NCBI RefSeq assembly: GCF_009914755.1
Contig: NC_060931.1
DNA length: 64,000 bases
DNA from: the human T2T-CHM13v2.0 reference genome, Homo sapiens
Reading direction: 5' to 3' (one strand)
In this document: one piece after another, positions 26,592 through 40,369 of the stretch
Layout of the letters: each line of letters starts with the position of its first letter
How positions within the stretch are numbered: the stretch's first letter is position 1
Position numbers and translations under genes: made by a program
Notes under the pieces: model-generated
Seen by the model: the letters and a program-made list of their open reading frames with translations, nothing else
Told to the model about the DNA's origin: nothing
Database searches by the model: none

Positions 26592-27182
26592 GTAAGACCT
26601 TTTTTTCTGATTGGTTTACTGTGGAGCATAAACTGCTTGAATACACTTGAGCAGAAGGTTTTAAATGTTCAGAAGTAGCACTGCCTAGCTTCCCTGTGGC
26701 AGGTGGCATCTTAGGTGGCTGGATCTGGCAGCTTTAGAGTCTGATTCCAAACCAGCCTGGCTCAGCCATTTCTCTCCCCCATTCTTCGGCAGCTTCCACC
26801 TCCACCTCATTGGTCTACTGATGTCTACCTCATTTCTCTTCTCATTCCTGCTGCTTGGTACAGGCTCGCGAGTCTGAGTGACTTTCTGTCTCACTGGAAA
26901 CCTCACGCAATGGGCCGTGCCAAAGTGCACGGCCAATGAGGCCTTGTGAAGTCAAGTTCCAGTGTGGAATTTGGATGGTGATAATGATAGATTGAGCTTC
27001 AGTCCCCTAGTGTAATAGGAAATTCCACAACGAGATATAAAATCCTTACATGAAGTTTCCCTATCTACACAAGACTGAATCGAGGCTATTTCAGTTCGTG
27101 TTGCTGAATGTTCTCTCTTGGTTTCATAGTTTGGTTTGTGTCTAGAAGTGGGCCACTGAGGGTGGTCATTTTGTTTTGGAAC

Positions 27183-27390
27183 AGGGATTCTCAGCCTTGG
27201 CACCACTGACATTTGGGGTGAGATCATTTGTGTTGTTTGGGCTGTCCTATGCATTGTAGGATGTTTAGCAACATCCCTGGCATCTACCCACTAGATGCCA
27301 GTAGCACCCCCCAATTGTGGCAGTAAAAAAATGGCCCTATATATTGCCAGATGTCCCCTTGTGGGGCAAAAATCACCACCGCACACACGG
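27183..27390 (+). mobile_element. MER20 (hAT-Charlie)
   Basis: cagggattctcagccttggcaccactgacatttgg...tgtaggatgtttagc...ctacccactagatgccag...ttgccagatgtcccc. Confidence 0.9.
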
Positions 27391-28483
27391 TTTCAGAAAA
27401 ATGCTAGTGCTTACTGCTTATGGCAAACTTTTCCTCTGAAGAAAACCAGGAGCACTTCTCACACTCATTTTCCATTCCTCACACCACTTCAGTGAGGGGC
27501 GTCTCGCATCCGCTCCGCAGCTTCTGTTTTCCGTGGAAAATGAACGAGATGACGGTATGGCACACAGAGACAGGGCTGCTTAGGGATGGTGTGAGCCAAG
27601 TCAGCAGAAGCCAGGAACAGAACCTCCCTGCCATCCTCCCCACCGGATGCAACCCTCCCTCAGATGTGCAGATGACATGGCCCTGAGGAGTGTTGGCTAT
27701 GAAGGGAGAGCCTGCGGCCCCTGCTGCATGACCACAGGCCCTGGTGAGGGTGAGAGTATGCCTGAGATGTCACCCTACGTGACATTAGTTTGGACACTGA
27801 CCCTATCTGAGGTGCCAAGGGCTTAGACCTGCCTGGAACTTGGCTCTTGCCCTGCAAGACAGTAGAAAGAAAGCACATAGTATAAATTACGTTTGAGAGC
27901 TTTCTAACCAATATAAACAAAGAATAGGAATAGGTATTGAAGTTTCACTGCTGAATTTGACCCAAAGTCAAATTCAAGGTCATTGCCACAAAGTGATGGT
28001 TTGTAAGTAAACACACATGAAACTATCATATGGATCTTGCAAGCACTGAAGAAGTACAACTTAGAATAACTGCAAATACTGACGTACCCATAAATTTAGC
28101 CAGAATAAATAAACTGAACAAAATCCATGTTATTGGAGGTTTGAGAAAATAATCCTTTTTAAACATTGCTGGTGACAGACAAATGTCTAGGACTCAGTAA
28201 AAGTTGAACAGGTCTTTCTGGAGTGTTCTCTGTAAGAAAACAGTAAATGTGTATGTATCATAGTTTTCCCCTGGTAATCAGGTAGTTTTATTTTTGAGAC
28301 TGATTTAAGAATTTAACCCTAAAAATACCAAAAAGAATTTATGCAAGGATATGTCCAACAATGCTATTTATTCTAGCGAAAAAATAGATCTTAAATGGCT
28401 TACGAGAACTAAATGAAATGTGTTATGTCATACTGTTAATTAAAAATTGCATTATGCAGTGGTGGTAATTAAAACTTACATCT

Positions 28484-28784
28484 GGCGGGGCACAGTGGCT
28501 CACACCTGTTATCCCAGCACTTTGGGAGGCCGAGGTGGGCAGATCACCTGAGGTCAGGAATTCAAGACCAGCCTGGCTAACATGGCTAAACCCCATCTCT
28601 ACTAAAAAATACAAAAATTAGTCAGGCATGGTGGCAGGTGCCTGTAATCCCAGCTACTCAGGAGGCTGTGGCAGGGAGAATTACTTGAACCCAGGAGGCG
28701 GAGGTTGCAGTGAGCCAACATCGCACCACTGCACTCCAGCCTGGGTGACAGAGTGAGACTCTGTCTCAAAACAAAAACAAAAAC
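28484..28784 (+). mobile_element. AluS-type, TSD AACTTACATCT
   Basis: Alu dimer with TSD. Confidence 0.95.
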
Positions 28785-28796
28785 AACTTACATCTA

Positions 28797-29191
<395 letters not shown>

Positions 29192-29669
29192 TTAATATAT
29201 GTAATAAATAGCAAAAATCAGAAGAGAATTTGATAATGTTGACAATAACATTTAATATTTTATTAGGGAATTTCTTCTTTAAAGATGCTTAAATGCATAA
29301 TAAAAATAATTGTACATTTGGTTAAATTTTTTGAATTCTCTCCTTCATTTCTCTCTCTCTTTCTCTTTCTGAAGAACAGGTCAATTTAGGAGTAAAATAA
29401 TCATGTAAATTTTAATATTTTCTTAAAACATATTTTCTACATTTATGTAGAAAAATAATGTGTACACTTACAATACATATTAAAGGCAAATAATTAACGT
29501 CTTTAGCATATAAAGAGCTCTTACAGATTACTATGGAAATGATGAATACAAAGATGGGCACAGGATATGATTAGATTGAAGAAATGCAAATATTTTAACC
29601 TCACTACAGTTTAATAAGAACAAATTAAAATAATGAGAAACCATTTTTATCTATCAGTTTAGTGAGATA

Positions 29670-29995
<326 letters not shown>

Positions 29996-30349
29996 AGTGA
30001 GATACTTTTTAAATGTTGGCTGGAGTATTAGGAACTAGGCACTTATAACCCTTGGTGGGAGCAAAACTTAGTGAAATGCCCTAAGATACAATTTGTCAGT
30101 AAAAAATGGACCTAGTTTCACTTCAAGTAATTTTCTTGACATGGCTTCACTTCAAGTAATTTTTATTTAAGTAACTAATCATAGATATACAGAAATATAT
30201 AGCTATAGGAGATTAATGAAAGTATTACTTGTAATAATAACCAAAAAGAAAGAAACAAAAAACAACCCACATTTTTTATGACAGCAGATTCAATAATTTA
30301 TTATATATCCTCTAAATGGTATATGAAGCAGCCATTAAAATCATATCAG

Positions 30350-31385
30350 AATTAAAAAGAAGAAAATGACAAATGTTGGCAAGGATGTGGAGTGATGGAA
30401 ACTCTCATACACTGCTGGTGGGAGTGTAAATTGATATAAACCCTTTGGAAAACCGTTTGACAGCACCTACCACAGTTAAACATGTGCATCCTAGGTAGAT
30501 ATCCAAGAGAAGTATGTGCCTGCATGACCCAAAAGACATGTTAAGAACATTTGTAGCAGCATGAATAGCACAAAACTGGAAACAACCCCCTATGTCCATC
30601 AATGGCAGAATGGATTGATAAAATGTGTGTTATGGTCATGCTCTAAAGTATTATACAGCAGTGAAAATGAATCAACAATACATGCAACAATGTGGAGGAA
30701 TAACCACGTGACAAAAGAATACATGCTGTATGATCCCATGTATATAAAGCTCCAAAACAGAAAAAAATAAACTACAGTGTTTAGGAATGCAAGACAAGCT
30801 GGTAAAATTATGAGGAAAAGCAAGAAAGGGATAACCATAAAATCAGGAGATGGCACCCTTTGGGAGGAGAGTGGGGGACTCAGGATCAGAAAGGCCCTGG
30901 GTGCTTCTAGAGTGCTGGCAAGACTCTAATTCTTGACACAGGTGGCGATGACATACAGTATCACTTTATAGAAATACGTTAAACTGTACAAAATTATTTT
31001 ATGTGCTTTTCTATTTGTGGCACTGGACAATTTAAAAGGTTAAAAGAGAAAAAAATCATATCCAAATTAATTTGTAACTTCCAATGTCGTGATTGATTCA
31101 GACAAGAATCATCTATGAAAGCTAAAACCACTGGGTGAAAGGTTGTGGGGGAAAAAGATGTTCTCAGGGTCAGAAGTATCACCCACAGATGCTTCTTACT
31201 GCAAAGGGGAAAGTGTCTCTTTAAAATGGATCAAACTTACCGTCACGTGTAATGGAATGACCTCCTATCACAAGCCTCTGCTGGATACAAGGAGGCGCAC
31301 AGAGCGTCACCCTGTGGTAATCTGCCCGGAATGAATGACCTCATGAGCAAGCAATCAGACACATGCAGAATGTGGGACCTTCTGC
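30350..31385 (+). mobile_element. L1ME/L1MC 3' fragments
   Basis: aaatgttggcaaggatgtggag...ctctcatacactgctggtgggagtgtaaa. Confidence 0.8.
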
Positions 31386-31387
31386 AA

Positions 31388-31873
31388 CAGAGGCTGGCAA
31401 ACCAGGACCCCTGAGCCACAGCCAGCTCACCACCTGTTTTTTATCGTCCTCCAGCTAAAACTGGTTTTTACATTTTCAAATGGCTGGAAAAAAATTAAAA
31501 GAAAAGTAATATTTTGTGACACATGAAAAGTATACGAAATTCATGTTTCAATCCATAAATAGTGTTATTGGAGCACAGCCACACTCATGCAATTTGTCTA
31601 TGACTGTTTTTATGCTACAGCAGCAGAACACCAATTAAGCAAAATGTTATTCCTCAAAGAATTCCATTCTTCTCACTAGTAGGCTTGAATTTTAAAAATT
31701 TTACTCAATTATTATTACTATGTTCTGAGTTCTGTCAATAAATATTTTGTGGAAGTTTCTTTTCTCTTTTGTTATATAAGTATATACATTATATTCTAGA
31801 TTTTTGCCTCTTGGCCCACATACCTAAAATATTTACAGCCTGGCCCCTTCCAAGAGAAGTTTGCCAACACCTG
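31388..31873 (+). mobile_element. MER58/Cheshire-derived hAT-Charlie element
   Basis: TIRs cagaggctggcaaac ... gtttgccaacacctg; cctaaaatatttac. Confidence 0.82.
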
Positions 31874-32416
31874 TCCCGCAGTCAGCTGGGCTCATTCAGC
31901 CTCCCATTCCCACTACCCACCACCCACCCACTGCAGTAGCCAGAGATCTTGCATGCGCACATCCTCTGCTTCTCCTCTCGAGAACTTCCTGGACCCTGTT
32001 GAGCTGTGGCCCACTCCATCCTGCATGGTCTGGCCCCTGCCTGTCTCTAAGACCTCCTCCTGTGCCCCTGTCCTGGAGTCTCCTACTTAAGGCCTCTGCA
32101 TAGCCATTGAGAGCCTGGAAAGGCTCTACACAGTCATCCCAGCTCAGGTGTCCCTTCCTCCTACATTACTGGCTTTTATATCTTTTATATCTGCAAACCC
32201 CCCACTTCAGAGCAGGTAGTAGTTTTTAACTTTTTTAAAAATTTGACTGGGGTCTATATTTGATGTTTTGTGTCACTCATGCCTGGCTCGAAATAAGTAC
32301 TCAACTCACTGAATGAATGAATACATGAATGAATGAACAATTATTTATGTAAATTGGGTTAAGAAATGGAGTTAAAACTTTTTATAATCAGTGTTCAGGA
32401 CTCTAAACATCTATGT

Positions 32417-32901
32417 TGTGAAAGAAAAAAGTATATTTGAAGGTAGAAAGCATGGTAAGAAAGACTTTGTTTAGGACCATCACAACAGGTGGATAGGATT
32501 TTGCAGTAGGGGAGAGAGATTGGGCTCAACTCCAAATACAACATGGGCAAGAGGGAATGTATAGCCCAGGAGCAGGGTGGGGGTCAGTGAATATACTAAA
32601 AAGAAACATCAGGGCTAAAGGAGATTCTGGCTGAATGCAGCTAACAAGATTCTTACTGAAGACAAGCCAGGGTGATCGGACATACCCTGGGGGTTGGTGA
32701 AGGATAAGGCACCTGATCGGATATCAAGGGTGATCAGATATCGAGATGGGGTCGTTCTTGCTAAACCGACGTAGCAGGGGGTTTTGCCAAAACTGGATTT
32801 TACAAGGGAGTGCACAGATGGGCCTGGGAGAAGCTTTGGAAGCTTGGTTAAATTTTGGTTACAAGGTCAGGATTCTCTGGTCAAGCAGAGAGCCTTTGTC
32901 A
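32417..32901 (-). mobile_element. MER31 (ERV1) solo LTR
   Basis: gtaggggagagagattgggctcaactcc...gggtgatcagatatcgag...ctttgtca. Confidence 0.85.
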
Positions 32902-33301
32902 GTGGCATAAGCCAGCATGTCAGGTTTTATTATATGTAATCTTTGTAAGATGGGGATCATTTTGTGTGATATGTCTGATCCTCTGTAACGAAATGCAAAC
33001 TTCACACCGGCTCTGGAAGACCTGGGGAGTAGGTTAGGGGGAAATTAGGCTAAACATTTTTTAGTTTCAGCCTTCTACCTCTCTCCCCTCACCCCTTCTT
33101 GCTCCTCCTCATCTCCGTCGCTGATGAGCATCTTTTCTTTTTTCAAGAGCGTGGAACAGAGAAAAGGGCTGATTGAGCCTGCTGAAGCTGTGGAGCAGGC
33201 TTAAAGCAAAGCCAGACGGGCTCTCTTCATCTCCTTTCCCTCTTTTCTTGCTTCTGGTTCCCCAGTTTTTGAGCTCCTTTGTCTGATCTCTTTAAAATTC
33301 A

Positions 33302-33669
<368 letters not shown>

Positions 33670-36139
33670 TTACTTATAAGATGTAACCTAAAAATATATC
33701 TAAAGGAAATAGAATGGATTTGATATTTGAAATGCATCAGAATTTTACCAAACTTTTCCTTTCAACTGTACTTTGACCCCTTGGTAGATTCCAAGATGAG
33801 CAAAGAAGCCCCTCGGGGGCCTGTGATTTCGGTTTTCTTGCCACAGTCCCTAACCATGGGCAGTGCACTCTCCCTACATGTCACTGACCAGCTGAGAAAT
33901 TCTTTGGAGTTGGGTTGCCCAGGCAAAGCCTGACAGTAGGGTTTATGGCTACAGCATTTGTGTTTATTTATAAAATAGAATGTGGATTTTTATACCATTA
34001 TTATTTAATGTTGCCATTCAAGTTTCAATATCCTAAGGAAGAAACAGTTCACCTAGGGCAGGCCATGTCTTATTATTTAAATACAAAGGGGAAACTGGCT
34101 TGATAATCACTTTTTACCATGAAAAGCAACGCTCTAAGTAGGAAGACACTGAGGTGCCGTATATTTCTGCCTGCCCGTTCCGGGAGTGATGTTTCATAGA
34201 ATGCTGAAGGGAGATTACAGTGAGAGGCTTATCGCACCCCTAGCTGTTTTCCTCCCTCGTTCCTGTTTGCCAGAGTCTTTGCTTTCAGGAAATTCAGTGG
34301 CATGATTTTTCTCCTTGTAGTCTAAGGATTGCATGATTCCTCGGCAAAGTGGGCTTTCGAGTAGGAAATATAAGCTGTGACATATATTGGGAGGTTTTCC
34401 CACCGTCTTTAACATGCTGGGGTGCATGCAGTGTAGAAAAACATGCCAATCTGTGAAAGAAAATGGAGAAAATGGAGTGCCCTCTGAAGTCTCATGAGAG
34501 CTTTTTTTGGAATTTTGTGTTTGCTGTTGTTAAAAAAAAATGCAGGGGCAGAGGGTCGCTAGGTGGAAGGGTGCTTAGTAGAATTGCATATTGCACCATA
34601 TTCTGGAAAAGGTAATTTGCATGTCTGCTGGTTCATTTGGAATAATGAAAGGCTTAAAAATTCTTACACACTGTCACTCACTTAGGTTCCCCTGACACTC
34701 TGGTACTTCGATTAGTGTCACTAATGAGGGACTGGGGACGCTTACCAGGAACTGATAGTGGCCACTGGAATAAGGATAAGGCATTTGCATCAGGCCAAGC
34801 TGTTAGGATAGTATTAAGTTGACATTTGGTTGCTGCTTAACAGTTTGCAAAATGACACCTTTGTCTTTAAGCAATTCTAAAAACTTGATTTTCCCTCTCT
34901 TCTTTGGTGGTGAACACCAGGAGCAGGAACATGGCTTTAGTGAAAAATGAGCTAGTGTTGGCAGCAGGTTTCCTTGATCTGGAAGAGAAAGAGGTGTGGC
35001 AGGACCTGCCACTCATACTTCCAAAGGGCCATTCAGGGTGGTATTTAAATGTGTTTCTTTTTTCACAGCTGTGAGGTGGGAGGGGTGGCAGGAACAAAGA
35101 GGAGAGGGCTTGCAGTGGTGTGCAGGAGGCAGCGATTACAGACTCATAATGCCCAGGACTTGGCAAGAAAAGCCTGCGAGCGCTTGTTAAGGGCCTTTGT
35201 TGAGTTTCATAGGAGCCCGGAGCATAAGCCGCTCGCAGGCGGTGTCTGAGCTGAGGGTTACGGCAGGAAGGTGACAGGGGGTACAATGCCAAAGGGTGAC
35301 CCTAGGGTTTGTCTCTGGAGCAATGATTCCTAACTGGAGCTTTCTGTTATACCCAAATCTTCTGGCTCTTTGCCTTGGAAATATTTTAAGATTCCAGGGT
35401 AACTAACGATTCCTAGAAAACTGCCAGCGAACCTTTCCTCCCTCCACCAGGTTTGTCTTTTCATCTGTACGCTGCTGTGCTTGCGAAGGTCACCATCGTT
35501 GGGAGGCTGGGATCTTTGGAGCCACTTACTTCTTTCCCCAAACTGTTCTTTCCTTCTTTAACCTTTCTTGTCATAAAAGGGAAAAAAAAACTCCACCCAC
35601 GTCAGGTTGTTGCTGGTGGTTAGAGAACCAGCCCTGCCCAGGGAGGAAAAGCTCTCATCAGGTGGGGTGAGGAGGGGTGGCCCATGCTGAGCTCCACATC
35701 TAGTGGTGCTGGACTCTGCAATGTGACTTCCTGGCTGCCAAGCCAACACGCCACATCTCTGCAGTGGAGGGCTGGCTTGGCAGCCAGGAAGTCACGTTTC
35801 CTAGATTGTTTAATAAAAGGACAGGTAACATGAAGTGAGAAAAACAGGATACATGTAGACAGTGTAGTCCCAATTACGTAAAAGAAAACTGTGTGTGCAC
35901 AGGCTTGCCTATGCACTCTCACATAAAGGCTGTAAGGACATGGAAAACGTGTCATCACTGGGTATCTGGGGTGGAAAAGGGTTGGGTGATTTTTATTTTC
36001 TTTTTTTTGTGAGTCTGCGTCTCCTCAGATGTCTACATGGAACATTTGTTTCTTTTATAATTAGAAGAAAAGGTTTTTAAAAAGGAATGAATTATCACTT
36101 ACCCATTGGCTGAGTTGGATCCTGTAACAATAATGCTTC

Positions 36140-36600
36140 ATAATAACAGGCATCTACTAAATAGCTATTGTGCCCCCAAGTACTGTGTTAAGCACTTAAC
36201 ATGGATTGTCTAAATTATCTAAATATTTACAACAATCCAATGAGGTAGGGACCGGTAGTGCCATTTTAAGGATGAGAGAACTGAGGCACAGAAAGTTTAC
36301 TTACGTGCCCAGTGTCACACAGCCAGTCATGGGTAGAGGCTGGATTCCTCCCCTGCCTTTCTGGCCATTGAGCCTAACTGCCGTGTGCCCCACTGCCTCC
36401 AGCTGCGTGAACGGGTTCAGTAAGTGGTACTGATGACTAGGCAATGAACACTTATCTAGCATTTACTATGACCTTTGCATTGGCCTGTGGACTAGCACAT
36501 AGTAATTGAGTTATTCTTCACAGTAACCCTTTGAGGCAGGTACTGTTCTCATTTTAAGGATGAGCTAACTCAGGCACTGGGGGCACGTCACTTACTGGGC
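36140..36600 (-). mobile_element. Two MIR fragments
   Basis: cattttaaggatgagagaactgaggcacaga; cattttaaggatgagctaactcaggc. Confidence 0.75.
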
Positions 36601-38098
36601 AGGGCTATTATTGGGACTCTGGCCGAACGGCTCCCGGCTGTGCTCTGAAGCGCTAAACCAAAAGCCCTTCGATGCAGATCTTCTCAAGGATTACTTCTAC
36701 TTCTCTCAATCTAAAAGCCAGGAAGTCAATGGATTCGGCTCCCCATACCTTGGCCAGAGCTTCCACATTTCCTCCAAGCTGCCTCCTGAGATTGCTGTTT
36801 TCTTTCCTTTTTTTTTTTTTTCTGTGTGGTTCCATTGTTTTCCCCACTTGCTTTTTGGTTCTTCCACCCTTCTAATAGGAAAAAAAAAAACACAAAAAAC
36901 ATATTGCATATTGTCCTCGGAATAAAACTCATGGTTTAGAGAGATTCTGATAGAGAATCAGCATGGAAAAAGAAGATGCAGTGCAAAGGAACTCGGTTTT
37001 GTTTTGTCTTCGTTTACAGCTAATGGCAGATGAGCTCAGAAGGATAGGGTCTCTGCTGCTAGCAGTGCGGAGCACATAGTGAGGACAGTGGCTGCCCCTT
37101 GAGCTCAGTGACAGCAGACTGTGTTCTTAACCTTGATCAGGCTATCATGCAAATTTAACTGAGCTTTGGCCACACAAAATTACTAAGTCTCTGCCTCTGA
37201 AGAGTTTAGAACCTGAATCCAGAGAAACCAGGGCATGACATTAGTCACTGCTTGGTCATGAGAAAGATGAGTATAGAATTGGCTTCTTATTCCTAGACTA
37301 AAACTTTGTACCATATGTTGCCTCTTCATTAAGTATTTCCTGAATACGGGATCCTGAAGTCTCATCTTTAAAGAGCCCTCTTGCCCTCTGAATTAGTCAC
37401 CTTTCATCCCTAAGCTTGCTTCTCTGCATATCAGGCATTAGATGTGCCTAGATAATGTTGTGAGCTCTCTCCTAAACAGACCAGAGTCGGATGAGGGATG
37501 AGGGAGGATCTTGGGGCCAATGGTCACAAAGCAGCTAATGAGAGATCTGAAGACAGAGAGTCTGTGCCTAGGTCAGTCCGAAGGACGTAGTGGGCACTCA
37601 GTTCCTAGCCTTTCTTCCTGATCTAGTGAGTTTAGTGCAGATACTGTAATTCACCAGGCAAACCCACTATGAGCTAACCAACCACAATTTTCCATTTGCC
37701 GTGAGCCTAAGCCTTGAAAGCCAGAACAACATTCTGCGTTGTGTTGTATGAGAACACCATCAACATTGGACCTGGCTGTGATATGAAAGTTATTTTTTAA
37801 AGAAGAAATAAAATTAAAAAAGAACACCCTCAATGCATTTAAATTTTAGTAAGAATATTTTATAAAGCAAATGCAGTTATATCAGAAGTAACAAATATAG
37901 GGACAGCAAAATTTAATACTTGGGTATTATTTTAAAAGCCATAAAGTATCTTTTGGCACAGCCTTTCTCATTCCAACTCATTATTTTCCAAGAGAATAGA
38001 CTCTGTGCCTTTTGCTTTGCATGAAGATTTTTTAAAAATTCACAGAAAGGAACACAGCGTACCCACTTTGTACATGCTAGCAATAGATTTCCATTTTA

Positions 38099-38552
<454 letters not shown>

Positions 38553-38599
38553 TCAGCACTCATTGTGCTAAGCTGTCTGCTTCAGTAGGGATCATGTAA

Positions 38600-38920
38600 T
38601 GGTGCAGCCTGGTGTATTAAAAACAAAACGTGGATTCTAGAGTCATACACCTTGGAAGCAGAATTTCAGCTGTGCCATTTCCTAGCCATAGGATGTCAAG
38701 CAAATTACTTAATAACTCTAAGCCTCAGTTTCCTCATTTGTGAATGGGACTAATAATTGCCACTTCCTAGGGTACATTGCTCCTAGAATGGAAACTTCAT
38801 AGAGGGATTGTTTTTGTCTATTTTGCTCACAATGCATCTTTAATGCCCTGAACAGGAGTATAGCAGGCATAGAGTTATTGTGAGGATCCCATAAGATAGC
38901 AGTAGCAGCTGTTGCTTACC
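38600..38920 (+). mobile_element. MIR (with a short L2-like insert)
   Basis: gcctcagtttcctcatttgtgaatggg core. Confidence 0.7.
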
Positions 38921-39135
38921 AAGAGCCTCCTTAGTAAATAGTACCTACTTTCATTTTGGGGACTGGAAAACAACTGGATAAATAACCCGATCTTGGACCG
39001 ACATGTTCAGGTCAAAAGTCCTTGTGGTCAATACAGGGCAGGAGGTCAGACACTAGAAGCCAAGATCAAAATTGAGAACCTGAGTTATCCAAGTGGGAAG
39101 TCAGGCCAGCAGTCTGAAAATAGCCCAAAAATAGG

Positions 39136-39775
39136 TGGTATGGGACCAAGGGAAAGCTTCTCCTATGCCCTCTGAAGGTTTGTTAAAAATCACTGAAAAG
39201 AGGCCAATTAACAGGAGAAAAGGCATATAAATTTTATTAACGTGTACCTGGGAGTCTTTAGAATAAAGACCCAACGATGTAGCGGAAATTATCTATTTTA
39301 TGTTTAGGTTGAACAGAGTATTGACAGCCGTGTGGAAATATGATTAGACAAAGAGGGTAGATCCGATGCTAATAGACTGAACAGGGGAAACCCAGCAAGG
39401 TGTGTCTGTCTAGACTCCTTCGGCCTCCCTGAGCTGCATTCCTTCCTTCTGGGTGTGGGACAAGACCCTCTCTGGAATGAGGTCTTATGACCTACAATCA
39501 AACAAAACAGGTCAGATAATTTCTTTATGGCCAGTTTTTACACTGAAGGCGGTGGGGAGTTAGAGTAATATTTTTAGGTTTATGGCTGGCTTTGGGGAAA
39601 AGGGGCTCTGGTTTCTATGACCCTCCTTGGGGAAGAGGGGTTCTAGTTTCTGTGGTTAGCCTTGGGGGAGAATGGGACTGAGCGACAAGAGGTCAGGTGA
39701 AGGTCAGAGATAAACTTTTGCCTCTGAGGCTACTTCTGAGGCCTTCATTTTGGGGAATTGTTTTAATTCCAAGCA
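39136..39775 (-). mobile_element. MER39 (ERV1) solo LTR
   Basis: ctgaggctacttctgaggccttcattttgggg; tttatggctggctttggggaaaaggg; ggaccaagggaaagcttc. Confidence 0.85.
39690..39706 (+). promoter_or_regulatory. Perfect DR5 motif AGGTCA-ggtga-AGGTCA (candidate RAR/RXR element)
   Basis: Motif read directly; function untested. Confidence 0.4.
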
Positions 39776-40369
39776 ATGTGCAGATGTTACCATTTCTAGG
39801 TCATCTGGGGTTCCAAGTCCATGGGGCCAGTACTTGCTCCTGCAGCATGATTCTTAGGAGTGGAATGGTTTGTCTTCTCTCCTCTTTTGCTGAGTTGAGT
39901 GGACTTGGGCCCACGGGTGTAGCAGGAGGTACCTGGAACCAGCCACAGATTAGACCCACATGGGTGCAGCTATAGGACTGTAACTGCTAAAGCTAGCAAC
40001 AAATACACGAAGATCCGGGGGCATCCTGAGCATCCACTCCAGTGAGATGGCAGCTCCATTCAAACATTTTAAACATTTGGAGAGGACTTTGTTTTCTAAG
40101 CTGCCGTTGGTTCGTCATTTCACAAGCAGCTTCACCAGTAGCAGACCAAGAGGGAAGGGAAGGACGTGGGTTTCCCTAGACTTGCGTTTCCCTGGAAGGT
40201 TTAATCGTGATACTCATGCAAGAATTCTGGATCACCTGAGCCCAAGCCCCTCTCCAAAGCAAAGAAAGAAGTTCTTTAGGCCTTGTGGCAGCTTTGGGAT
40301 GCTGAGATTCTAGTGCTGTGGGTTGGTCTTTCTCTACCTGAGCCAAACATTCATTTAAAACTCTACTAC

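Noticed and set aside
26284-26709. 141-aa minus-strand ORF across the exon
   Set aside because: Antisense shadow of C-rich proline codons; runs into L2 (TTCA)n; no independent gene signals
33121-33175. CTGATGAG hammerhead-ribozyme-like core
   Set aside because: Stem II is not followed by GAAA and no stems I/III are apparent
36611-36925. Protein-looking 104-aa ORF (ALNQKPFDADLLKDYFYF...)
   Set aside because: Non-ATG start, no recognisable homology, no convincing splice sites, ends in poly-T/poly-A
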